64,000 nucleotides of DNA from positions 1-64,000 of IMG/VR virus record IMGVR_UViG_3300031344_000002, one strand, 5' to 3'. Below are positions 1 through 8,328 of the stretch, piece by piece. The notes under the pieces are model-generated. The model had not been told where the DNA came from. It saw only the letters and a program-made list of their open reading frames with translations, and made no database searches. Each line of letters opens with the position of its first letter. Position 1 is the stretch's first letter. Both the position numbers and the translations under genes were made by a program.

Positions 1-1
1 A

Positions 2-895
2 CAAACAAATTCAATTGATTCTTCACAATATAAATGGTTTGTTAATGTTTTAAATTTTATTAGTAGTAATAATAATGATATAAACCAAAAAGCAGAATTA
101 ATTAAATTTTTTCAAAATAATTTTTTAGGCTTGGATTATGGTGATTTTAATAGTAATGAAGAATTAATTAATTGGTGGCTTTCACCTGAACAACAAGAAT
201 TTATAAAAGGTGAATTAAATTCACAAGAAGGTCAAATAAATGAAATAAACATTATTAATCCTAAATATACACATTTTGCAGTAATGAAAGACAATAATGA
301 TATTGTAAATGGTTGGGATTATAGAGATATTGAACCAGTAGAACTTCGTAACTTTAAGAAAGATTATTTTTTTAATGATATTACTAATATGGGAATTGAC
401 CCACATTCAGTCAATATTGTTACTGCTAATTATTTAAAAAGTTCTGGGATTAATCCTTTTGATACTAATAATTGGAAACGAGATGCTAATGTAAATGAAA
501 ATATTAATGAAAATCAAGAAGGTTTTAAACGTTTGATTGTTTTTTCAATTTATGACAAGAATAATGATTATCTTGGTGATTTAGACCCGATGGATGAAGA
601 AAATAATTATCATATTCAAATGAAATCTGATGTAATGGCAACACCTGAATTTCAAAAATTTGCAAAAGAAAAAAATATTACACCAGAACAAATTGGTAAA
701 ATATCGAAAGATTATGAATATACAATGGATGGTAATCCTTTAAGTACTGAATATTATGCCCCTAGTGAATCAGAAGAATTATATGATGAAAAAACTAAAA
801 CATTTTATAATAATAGTGGTCAGCAAATGCGTGACTCATCAGAATACGACAGCAGTGGAGAAGGTTATACACCATTTGGTGATGAAGGTTATTAA
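2..895 (+). CDS. Acidic hypothetical protein, 5'-truncated by the window edge
   Basis: The reading frame of the 131..895 ORF stays open back to position 2 (CAA ACA AAT TCA...), so the TTG at 131 is probably not the true start. D/E/N-rich. Confidence 0.75.
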   Translation, partial: QTNSIDSSQYKWFVNVLNFISSNNNDINQKAELIKFFQNNFLGLDYGDFNSNEELINWWLSPEQQEFIKGELNSQEGQINEINIINPKYTHFAVMKDNNDIVNGWDYRDIEPVELRNFKKDYFFNDITNMGIDPHSVNIVTANYLKSSGINPFDTNNWKRDANVNENINENQEGFKRLIVFSIYDKNNDYLGDLDPMDEENNYHIQMKSDVMATPEFQKFAKEKNITPEQIGKISKDYEYTMDGNPLSTEYYAPSESEELYDEKTKTFYNNSGQQMRDSSEYDSSGEGYTPFGDEGY

Positions 896-927
896 TAAAT
901 AAGGGAGGTTAACCTCCCTTATTTATT
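894..927. terminator. Bidirectional intrinsic terminator (perfect 34-bp palindrome)
   Basis: AATAAATAAGGGAGGTT|AACCTCCCTTATTTATT between convergent genes, with A/T tracts on both sides. Confidence 0.85.
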
Positions 928-1163
928 TTTTTAAAGTGTTTATTTTTTATTTTTTCAAGTTCTTCACAAAGTTTTTTATGTTGTTCTTTTGATTGAATAC
1001 CTAAATCATCACCATATTCTGAAAATATTGAAAATGTGAATAATATATATTCTTTTTCTTTATCTGATAAATAAATTCCCTTTTTTGAAAATTGATATAA
1101 TGCCAAAGCAAGTAATAGAATTATTACTATTAAGAATCCTATTAATATGTATAATATTGTCAT
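909..1163 (-). CDS. Small membrane-anchored hypothetical protein
   Basis: N-terminal hydrophobic helix (ILYILIGFLIVIILLLALALY); last gene of the minus-strand operon. Confidence 0.7.
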   Translation of the reverse strand: MTILYILIGFLIVIILLLALALYQFSKKGIYLSDKEKEYILFTFSIFSEYGDDLGIQSKEQHKKLCEELEKIKNKHFKKINKGG

Positions 1164-1175
1164 TCAATATTCTTA

Positions 1176-2243
1176 TTATTTTTTTAATCCTGTAAATAAT
1201 TCTGCTTTAATTGTTGGATGACATTCATAATTAGTCAATTCAAAATCATCAATTGTTAAATTAAGAATATCATCAAGAGAATTTAATTCTTTCTTTATGT
1301 TCATTTGTGGTAAATCATATGGTTTTCTACTTAATTGTTCTTTAACCATTGGAATGTGATTCACATATATATGAGTATCACCACCAATCCAATTTGCAAT
1401 TCCGGGAATCATATTACATGCTTTAGCAAATATTATAAGTAATAATGACATAGAAGTAATGTTAAAAGGACAGCCAAGTGCTGTATCAACACTTCTTTGA
1501 TACATATTTAAATCGAGATAAAATTTAGGAATATTTGTATCGTTTAAATCCTGTAACCATTGTTCATCAGTGTCCCAATTCAATTTAAATTCGTCATAAG
1601 TCTGACCCTCATAATTTGCATAAATTTTAATTCTTTCTTTTAATGATAATGGTCTTACAATAAATTGATAAAGTAAATGACATGGTGCGAGAGCCATATC
1701 TTCAAAATCAGCAGCATTCCAAGCATTAATAATATGATAACGACTATATGGATTTGTTTTAAGACCATCTAATACATTTTTTACTTGGTCAACACCATTT
1801 TGATTACGCCATTGATAACCATAAACTTTACCTAAATCACCATAATTATAATCACCAATAACACAACCTTCTCCATTTTTTATTATTTCAATGAATTCTT
1901 CAATTGTTGGAATTATCGTCTCTTTTAATCCAAGAGGGGGATTATTTTTATTATATTCTTCAGCTTTCTTTAAATACCATCTATAAGCATCAGAATTCCA
2001 GATATTTACATTATTATCGACAAGATATTTTACGTTTGTATCTCCACGTAAAAACCATAAAAGTTCATGTACAATACCTTTCCAATACATTTTTTTTGTT
2101 GTAAGTAATGGAAATCCTTCTTGTAAATCCATTCTAATTACCGCATGAGATATACCAATTGTATTTGGCATATTTGCTCTACCACTTTCTTTCTCGACAC
2201 CATTAGCGAGAATATCTTCAAGTAAGTTTAAATATTCTTCCAT
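1176..2243 (-). CDS. thyA: Thymidylate synthase with two insertions
   Basis: FPLLTTKK, ELLWFLRG, LGKVYGYQWR, MALAPCH (catalytic Cys), YQRSVD..LG.PFN, GDTHIY motifs. Confidence 0.97.
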   Translation of the reverse strand: MEEYLNLLEDILANGVEKESGRANMPNTIGISHAVIRMDLQEGFPLLTTKKMYWKGIVHELLWFLRGDTNVKYLVDNNVNIWNSDAYRWYLKKAEEYNKNNPPLGLKETIIPTIEEFIEIIKNGEGCVIGDYNYGDLGKVYGYQWRNQNGVDQVKNVLDGLKTNPYSRYHIINAWNAADFEDMALAPCHLLYQFIVRPLSLKERIKIYANYEGQTYDEFKLNWDTDEQWLQDLNDTNIPKFYLDLNMYQRSVDTALGCPFNITSMSLLLIIFAKACNMIPGIANWIGGDTHIYVNHIPMVKEQLSRKPYDLPQMNIKKELNSLDDILNLTIDDFELTNYECHPTIKAELFTGLKK

Positions 2244-2254
2244 AATTAATTATT

Positions 2255-2527
2255 TTATAATAATTTACCAAATGCATCATCATTATTAATTTTCATTTTT
2301 CCTTCAGCAATTAATTGTTGTTTTGCTTTATCAAGAACCATACAACAAATATTTCCTTTATTTTCATTATGATATTTAATAAATTCCTTATGAATTTCAG
2401 TTGTAGTTAAAGCAATTATTTCTCTTGCTTCTTTACGATATTGTATAGCAATTTCATTATTAATTACTTTTCTACATTCTTTAATTAGTATTGTTTTTTC
2501 TAAATCCTTAATTAATTTTAGACTCAT
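2255..2527 (-). CDS. Hypothetical protein
   Basis: ORF in a tightly packed minus-strand operon with an A/T-rich start context. Confidence 0.65.
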   Translation of the reverse strand: MSLKLIKDLEKTILIKECRKVINNEIAIQYRKEAREIIALTTTEIHKEFIKYHNENKGNICCMVLDKAKQQLIAEGKMKINNDDAFGKLL

Positions 2528-2553
2528 AATTTTAAGTTTTTCTATATTAGTAA

Positions 2554-2868
2554 TTATGGATGTCCTTCATCTTTATATATTCCACAAACACAAGGCATAT
2601 CAAATTCAATTTCATTATTTTTCATAACAAAATTAATTGAACTTGTTTTATGATAAGGATTTTTAAGAACTTTTATGTTTTTGTATTTAAACATGACATC
2701 AGTTTCAAATTTAGGATTTTCTAACATTTTTAACCATTCAAATAATTCTGGTGAAGTTACAATTAATTTTAATTCATCTTTATTCTTTTCAAGAAATAAA
2801 TTTAATTTATCAACATTATTTTTATTTCTTTTATAAAATTTTAATTCGTGTATTTGATTATCATTCAT
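2554..2868 (-). CDS. Hypothetical protein
   Basis: ORF directly downstream of the repeat array in the same operon. Confidence 0.65.
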   Translation of the reverse strand: MNDNQIHELKFYKRNKNNVDKLNLFLEKNKDELKLIVTSPELFEWLKMLENPKFETDVMFKYKNIKVLKNPYHKTSSINFVMKNNEIEFDMPCVCGIYKDEGHP

Positions 2869-2901
2869 ATAATTGAATTGTTAATAATATTATTTCTTTT
2901 G

Positions 2902-3269
2902 GGTGTTAAACCCTTCCAATTTAGATTAGTTTCCACCCACCACTAGTTGATATTGTTACAAAACCTTGGTGTTAAACCCTTCCAATTTAGGTTGGTTTCC
3001 ACCCCATTTCAATTCCTGCCTCTACAATTGCACGGTGTTAAACCCTTCCAATTTAGATTAGTTTCCACCATCTTCAATGTTTCCTACCTCATGTTTATTG
3101 GGTGTTAAACCCTTCCAATTTAGATTAGTTTCCACCATAATCACCAATTTTTGAGCTATACAGATGCGGTGTTAAACCCTTCCAATTTAGATTAGTTTCC
3201 ACCCCTGAAGGAGAATATTTGAAGGGATTGGTTGGTGTTAAACCCTTCCAATTTAGATTAGTTTCCACC
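2902..3269 (-). CRISPR. Orphan CRISPR-like array: 6 x 36-bp repeats, 5 unique spacers (30,30,31,31,30 bp)
   Basis: Plus-strand repeat GGTGTTAAACCCTTCCAATTTAGATTAGTTTCCACC starts at 2902, 2968 (2 mismatches), 3034, 3101, 3168 and 3234. Spacers are unrelated to each other. Repeat ends are complementary (GGTG...CACC, AAAC/GTTT). Minus-strand form resembles type VI-B repeats. Confidence 0.85.
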
Positions 3270-3625
3270 CAATCTTGAATGAAATCCCTGATTTGCTCGT
3301 AGTTAAGACCAAATCTTACTTCAAAAATTTGCCAAATAAGTGAATATTTTACCCAAAGTCTGCCATTTTTCCAATCCTGCTGAAATAACCAACAATTATT
3401 ATTAGAATCTGGATGATATAAACCATCTAATTTATAATAAGTTATTTCTTTTTCACCAGTAATTTTAGCTACAGTGTTATTAAACATTTCAAATAAGAAA
3501 TCTGACATTGCTTTAGATTTATCATCCTTATTTACAATGGGTTTAAATTTGATTAATTCAAAAGTAGAATTATCTTTATCAATTTCAAACCCATCAGGTA
3601 CGTTAATCTTTATTTCTTTTTCCAT
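3125..3625 (-). CDS. Hypothetical protein whose C-terminus is encoded by the array repeats
   Basis: N-terminal MEKEIKINVPDGFEIDKDNSTFELIKFK motif, recalled from Bacteroidota phage proteins. VETNLNWKGLTP occurs twice (repeats at 3234 and 3168); stop falls inside the repeat at 3101. Confidence 0.8.
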   Translation of the reverse strand: MEKEIKINVPDGFEIDKDNSTFELIKFKPIVNKDDKSKAMSDFLFEMFNNTVAKITGEKEITYYKLDGLYHPDSNNNCWLFQQDWKNGRLWVKYSLIWQIFEVRFGLNYEQIRDFIQDWVETNLNWKGLTPTNPFKYSPSGVETNLNWKGLTPHLYSSKIGDYGGN

Positions 3626-3707
3626 ATTAATAATTTATTTAAAAGTTAATTTTATTTGTTTTTTATTTTATTATTTCAATTAAACTAAAATAATCGGTTT
3701 TCATAAT

Positions 3708-4085
3708 TTATCTATTATCTCCACTTCCATGTATTGTGCCTTGTTCATATCTTGATTTTAATTTTTCAATATTATATGCAGCAACATCTTCTAATTCAAT
3801 TCCCAGACTATCACACATTGAAGAGATATACCAAAGAACATCTGATAGCTCACTTTTTATTGCTTCTACATGTTCTTGAGTAATTATTCCACCATTATCT
3901 CTAATAATTTTCTTTATTTTACCTTGAACCTCACCTGCTTCACCTAATCCAAGACCATCATAAACAATAGATAATAATATTTTAACATCAATTGGTGTAT
4001 TGGGATGTTTTTCTAAAAATTTATCTAACGATATTTTAAAAAAATTTGCTTTTTTTTGATATTCTTTAAAAGTTGTTATTATCAT
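3708..4085 (-). CDS. mazG: MazG-like nucleotide pyrophosphohydrolase
   Basis: GEAGEVQGKIKKIIRD...ELSDVLWY...NIEKLKSRY...GSGDNR motifs. Confidence 0.9.
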   Translation of the reverse strand: MIITTFKEYQKKANFFKISLDKFLEKHPNTPIDVKILLSIVYDGLGLGEAGEVQGKIKKIIRDNGGIITQEHVEAIKSELSDVLWYISSMCDSLGIELEDVAAYNIEKLKSRYEQGTIHGSGDNR

Positions 4086-4380
4086 TACTCATTTTTTTAA
4101 GTATTCCTATTGTATTAATAATTTCTTGTTCCCCTTTATTTTGAACTGCTTCTATTTCGGCACTATAATCCTTTACTAATTTTTCATTAATTTCTCTAAT
4201 TTCTTTAATTTTATTTAATGCAAAACGTGCTTGAGAACCATATTCATCCAAATCAATGGATGAAATATTACCTCTTGATTCAGAATAATTTGTTTTGTCA
4301 TAGTTTTTTTTATTAGCATAAAATTCTAATGCTATTTTAAGCAATTCAATTAAATTTTCATAATCTTGAGTACTATTCAT
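4066..4380 (-). CDS. Hypothetical protein
   Basis: Overlapping, translationally coupled ORF in the operon. Confidence 0.7.
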   Translation of the reverse strand: MNSTQDYENLIELLKIALEFYANKKNYDKTNYSESRGNISSIDLDEYGSQARFALNKIKEIREINEKLVKDYSAEIEAVQNKGEQEIINTIGILKKMSNDNNNF

Positions 4381-4687
4381 TATCTTCTTCTAATTTATTG
4401 TTTTCAACAATTTGTTTCAAATCTTTAACTATCAATTGTTTTATTTTATTTATTATGTTTTGATTAATTGAATGATATCCAGTAATACAACTATCACCAA
4501 TTCTTATTTCTTTGCCAACACCATAATAATCTTCATAACTTTTATCTAAATATGGAATTCTAGTTCTAAAAACAATTTCAATTGAATTATTGGATAATAG
4601 TTTAATTAAATCATTAAAATCGTTAATATATTCATCTTTATCATAAAAGACATTATTATGAAATATATTATTCGTTATTTTTGTCAT
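4373..4687 (-). CDS. Hypothetical protein
   Basis: Overlapping ORF in the operon. Confidence 0.65.
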   Translation of the reverse strand: MTKITNNIFHNNVFYDKDEYINDFNDLIKLLSNNSIEIVFRTRIPYLDKSYEDYYGVGKEIRIGDSCITGYHSINQNIINKIKQLIVKDLKQIVENNKLEEDNE

Positions 4688-5018
4688 TTAATTGTGTATT
4701 TATTTTATCTTCAACAATTTGTTTCAAATCTTTAACTTCATTAGGATATAATGTAAATTCCTTACGAACTGAATGTGCTTTATTGTTATTTATTTTTTGA
4801 TGAAAATATTTGCCTTGAGATTCAGCTTTTTCGAATTCATCATATTTTTCAAAACTGATATTGCTATAAGAATATGTATGTCCTCTACTAAATGCAATAT
4901 AAAGTCTTTCATTTTTAGGAAAGTATGTGATTTTTAATATATTATCAGAATTAAAAACCGCTTCAATATAACCAATTGTATTATCTTTATCTTGAAATTC
5001 TTTTCGTTCTATAAGCAT
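4668..5018 (-). CDS. KTSC-domain protein
   Basis: S.NI...Y......LYIAF..G..YSY.NIS...Y..F..AESQGKYFH pattern. Confidence 0.8.
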   Translation of the reverse strand: MLIERKEFQDKDNTIGYIEAVFNSDNILKITYFPKNERLYIAFSRGHTYSYSNISFEKYDEFEKAESQGKYFHQKINNNKAHSVRKEFTLYPNEVKDLKQIVEDKINTQLNDKNNE

Positions 5019-5037
5019 TATTCATATTTTATGTATG

Positions 5038-5045
5038 CAAATGTA
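5038..5045 (-). promoter_or_regulatory. Bacteroidota sigma-A type -7 element (TACATTTG)
   Basis: Matches TAnnTTTG about 20 bp upstream of the KTSC start. Similar elements at 13701-13708(-), 17426-17433, 37119-37126, 53510-53517 and 58306-58313. Confidence 0.65.
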
Positions 5046-5073
5046 ATTAATTAAATATTAAAAAGCAAGAGTA

Positions 5074-5283
5074 TTATAATTTTTTAAAACCGACATCTAA
5101 ATCAAATTCTTTTATTTCTTGTTTAATTATATCTATCCCATCACAATCATTTACATATTTTGAATCTAAATTTTTTAGAATAATTTTACATGCGTCATCA
5201 ATATTTGATGCAACACAAATTTTATCATCATAAAATCCGATATGATACAAGCAAAATTCTCTAAAAACATATAATTTATTCAT
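5074..5283 (-). CDS. Hypothetical protein
   Basis: 69-aa ORF with a plausible start context. Confidence 0.55.
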   Translation of the reverse strand: MNKLYVFREFCLYHIGFYDDKICVASNIDDACKIILKNLDSKYVNDCDGIDIIKQEIKEFDLDVGFKKL

Positions 5284-5337
5284 AATTTTTTATTTTTCAT
5301 TAATCATATTTTAGAATCATCATTTATTTTAGAGTTA

Positions 5338-5487
5338 TCATTTATTTGTAAAATTTCTTTCATCATTTATATCTTTTTCAAGCAAAATTCTTATTCTTTT
5401 TGAAAGAGAATAACCATTTTTTTTACAATGTACTCTAAATTTTTCAATTAAAGAAATATCAATTCTAACATTTAACATTTTTTCCAT
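5338..5487 (-). CDS. Ribbon-helix-helix DNA-binding protein
   Basis: MEKMLNVRIDISLIEKFRVHCKKNGYSLSKRIRILLEKDI fits the RHH pattern; start moved to the Met at 5487. Confidence 0.7.
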   Translation of the reverse strand: MEKMLNVRIDISLIEKFRVHCKKNGYSLSKRIRILLEKDINDERNFTNK

Positions 5488-5549
5488 ATTGTATATTATT
5501 TGCTTTACGTAAATACTTACAAATGTATTAAAAGTATATATAAATTGCA

Positions 5550-5558
5550 AGTATTTAT
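5550..5558 (+). promoter_or_regulatory. Putative phage late promoter motif (A/G/T)GTATTTAT
   Basis: Same motif lies upstream of structural genes at 13899, 16841, 28188, 29707, 33548, 46978, 47649, 52021 and 61603, and on the minus strand at 8226-8234 and 11130-11138. Confidence 0.7.
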
Positions 5559-5570
5559 CTAAAAAAGATT

Positions 5571-6335
5571 ATGTCACTTCCAAAAAAAGCTAAATTAACT
5601 ATTGATACTAACCCACCAAAAATAGGTACTAACTATCTCGAATATGGTATGGATAGAATTGCTGATTTAATGAAAGCAACAAATACTGAAACTAAATATC
5701 TTCCAAGAACTATTTTACTTGAAAATTTAGACCAAGCACTTTTTGATTATGTTAATCAATATGGCATGAAAGCAGTTATCGATAATAAAGAAGTGCCAAC
5801 ATTTTATCTTGACAATGACCGTTGGGGTGAATTTAGTAAAACTTGGAGATTTATGGATGGAGACCACAATGTTCCAACTCCATATATTACTGTAAGACGT
5901 ATCGATAAACAAGCTGGTACAAGACTTGGAACGATGTATCGTATTCCACAGCCACGTAAATTCAGATATATGAATGTTCCTATATTAGATGAAGGTGCGG
6001 TAATTTATTTACAATTTAAAATGCCAGAACCAGTTAATGTTGATATGATTTATGAAGTGGCATTATTTACCAAATATCGTGTTGATGTTAATTTATATGA
6101 TGAACAAGTATTAAAAAACTTTGCTTCACGTCAAGAATATCTTACAATTAATGGAAATCCAATGCCATTATTATTTGAAGGATTTGCTGAATCAAATCCT
6201 ATTGAAAATATTGATGGTGATAGATTTTTTGTTAGTAAATATGCTTTAAAAATCTTAGGATTTATTCAAGACGAAAAAGAATTTCAAATTGTTAAAACTC
6301 TTAGAAAACCAGTTATTGGTTATTCTGCTGTGTAA
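5571..6335 (+). CDS. Putative tail completion/terminator protein (T4 gp15-like)
   Basis: Size, late motif upstream and a VP...RW...P.I.V.R...PVNVDMIYEV pattern reminiscent of gp15-like proteins. Confidence 0.5.
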   Translation: MSLPKKAKLTIDTNPPKIGTNYLEYGMDRIADLMKATNTETKYLPRTILLENLDQALFDYVNQYGMKAVIDNKEVPTFYLDNDRWGEFSKTWRFMDGDHNVPTPYITVRRIDKQAGTRLGTMYRIPQPRKFRYMNVPILDEGAVIYLQFKMPEPVNVDMIYEVALFTKYRVDVNLYDEQVLKNFASRQEYLTINGNPMPLLFEGFAESNPIENIDGDRFFVSKYALKILGFIQDEKEFQIVKTLRKPVIGYSAV

Positions 6336-7099
6336 GTACCATTAGTAGAATCGAATGCATTTCCTGTTGGATAATTTTGTTTCATATTATTAAAATCAGA
6401 TAATGCATTATTTATCTTACTTGCATATGAAGAACCATATAACTCAACTGCATTAATATTTGGTGGATATGCTAATGTTAAACTCCAAGTCATTGTAGTT
6501 AAATTTAATGCTGCTTTAAAATATAACTTTTCTGGTGTTTTAAGTGCTTGATTATCTAAATTATAAAATAATTGAATTACACCATATTTTGCATTAAAAA
6601 AACTAAATTTAACATATCCTGTAGTATGTAAATTAATATATGATTGCGGTATATACCAATAACTAAATTGATTTGAATGATTAGTAATATCGAGAACATA
6701 ATTTGCTGTATTACCATTTCCAAGAATTTTTGTTAAATAAGTGGTAAATATTTTAGTTTGAGTATTTGTATCATATGTATCATAAAAATCTAAAATAAAA
6801 AAACTATTGCGAATTGTATCTCGATTAAAATCTATTTCATCTTGTGTAAATCCTGCATTTCTAAATAAACTATTATTGGTATTATTTACTACAAAATAAA
6901 ATGATAAATTATTTTGAACCGAATTTTTAAATCTACGCACTTCGGTGTCATTTACAGGATTAATAAGTTCATCTTCAGTATCAATTGTTGAATTATCTAT
7001 TTCTTGCTGATATCCAGTTAAACCCACATTTGAACCCAAACTGAATTTTAAATTCAAATCAAGATTATTAAATTTTAATGTTTCTTTAATTACTGACAT
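6320..7099 (-). CDS. Putative virion structural protein
   Basis: N/T/S/aromatic-rich; co-transcribed with 7090..8220, which has a late motif. Confidence 0.6.
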   Translation of the reverse strand: MSVIKETLKFNNLDLNLKFSLGSNVGLTGYQQEIDNSTIDTEDELINPVNDTEVRRFKNSVQNNLSFYFVVNNTNNSLFRNAGFTQDEIDFNRDTIRNSFFILDFYDTYDTNTQTKIFTTYLTKILGNGNTANYVLDITNHSNQFSYWYIPQSYINLHTTGYVKFSFFNAKYGVIQLFYNLDNQALKTPEKLYFKAALNLTTMTWSLTLAYPPNINAVELYGSSYASKINNALSDFNNMKQNYPTGNAFDSTNGTYTAE

Positions 7100-8220
7100 G
7101 GTGCTCCTATATTACTTAAATTTGTCGTTGGTATTATATTCAAACTACTTGCATTTTGACTGAACCATATTTTATTAAATCTTGTTTTTGTGTTTAGTTC
7201 GGTCATATCAGGAACTATTGATAAAATAATTTTTGAAAATAAATACCTTCTTTCATTTACAAATGGATAATCAACACCAATTCCTGTTAATGGGTCTACA
7301 TATCCTTGTGGTAAAATATCACGCCAGACAAGATTACCATTATTATCAATTGGTGTAGCATAATCAGGTATTGTTGTTATAATATCATATGAAGTACTAC
7401 CAGTATTAGCACTATCAAGTTCATTAGAAAAATATCTTAAAGTAAATGGAATAAATGGATTATATTTCCAATGAAGTGTACCTGTCTCTAAACATGTTGT
7501 TGAAATATAATATGTTTGTCCCGATTCTTGTGTTTGAAGAAATTCAGTTTTATTATAATTTATTAAATCACCATATACTGTATCTCCAACAATTAATGGT
7601 GTTGTATTTAATAATGTTTGAACAGGTACTATACCAGTATCCCAATAAGTATATTTAAGAACTTCTGTTGAACTTGGAATATATTTAGCATATAGAAATA
7701 GTTCGGTTATTGGAAACTTAAATGCATCAAAATATGTTGAAACATTAAAATCTTTTTTAAAGTTAAATGCATAAGTTTGTTCACCATATATATTATTAGA
7801 AAAACCTGCTGAAAATAATTCAAAATCATCTGGAGTTGCAATTACATCAAAATATCTTGCAAAAATAGATGAAGAAAGTTGTGCATGTTTCATTGATGGT
7901 TTAACTAAATAAAATTCAAATGAATTTTTTATTGTTTTAGAATTACCGCTAAATATTGGGGTCATAAAATCTTTAAATTTGGAATAATTATTTATTAATC
8001 CATTTAATAATGACATATATTCAATTCTTCCATAAATTCTATATATTGTATTTTCTTCTCTTTCCAAATTAAAAACATCTGTTTCATTAACATCATCATT
8101 AACATCATATCCTGTAAGTTCTGATGTATGGTTAAACAATTCAATTTTATCATAAGTATCTACATTGACAGAATTAGTATTTTTCTGACTACCGAGCAAT
8201 ATTTGAATTTTTTTGTCCAT
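7090..8220 (-). CDS. Putative virion structural protein
   Basis: Late motif at 8226-8234; beta-rich composition. Confidence 0.6.
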   Translation of the reverse strand: MDKKIQILLGSQKNTNSVNVDTYDKIELFNHTSELTGYDVNDDVNETDVFNLEREENTIYRIYGRIEYMSLLNGLINNYSKFKDFMTPIFSGNSKTIKNSFEFYLVKPSMKHAQLSSSIFARYFDVIATPDDFELFSAGFSNNIYGEQTYAFNFKKDFNVSTYFDAFKFPITELFLYAKYIPSSTEVLKYTYWDTGIVPVQTLLNTTPLIVGDTVYGDLINYNKTEFLQTQESGQTYYISTTCLETGTLHWKYNPFIPFTLRYFSNELDSANTGSTSYDIITTIPDYATPIDNNGNLVWRDILPQGYVDPLTGIGVDYPFVNERRYLFSKIILSIVPDMTELNTKTRFNKIWFSQNASSLNIIPTTNLSNIGAPCQ

Positions 8221-8328
8221 TTATTATAAATACCTTAAAAATTTTTTCTTGTTTTTGTAACATTTTTAATGGTATTTCGTATATAATAGAAAAATGATTC
8301 AAATTGTTTAACTTAAAACTGAAAAAAG

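Noticed and set aside
1176-2243. thyA homolog as a base-hypermodification enzyme, or its insertions as inteins/introns
   Set aside because: It keeps the dUMP-specific Asn (LG.PFN) rather than the Asp of dCMP hydroxymethylases; the insertions are short, in frame and lack splicing motifs.
2870-3269. Diversity-generating retroelement explanation for the spacers (the segment after the last repeat is AAT/AAC-rich like a template repeat, and codon 7 is Asn in 4 of 6 tails)
   Set aside because: Non-adenine positions of the putative template are not conserved in the spacers (about half mismatch in the best case), and there is no reverse transcriptase in the window.
2902-3269. TIGR-type array
   Set aside because: Units have one 36-bp repeat and one 30-bp spacer, not dual short repeats with two 9-nt spacers; no Nop-domain gene recognised.
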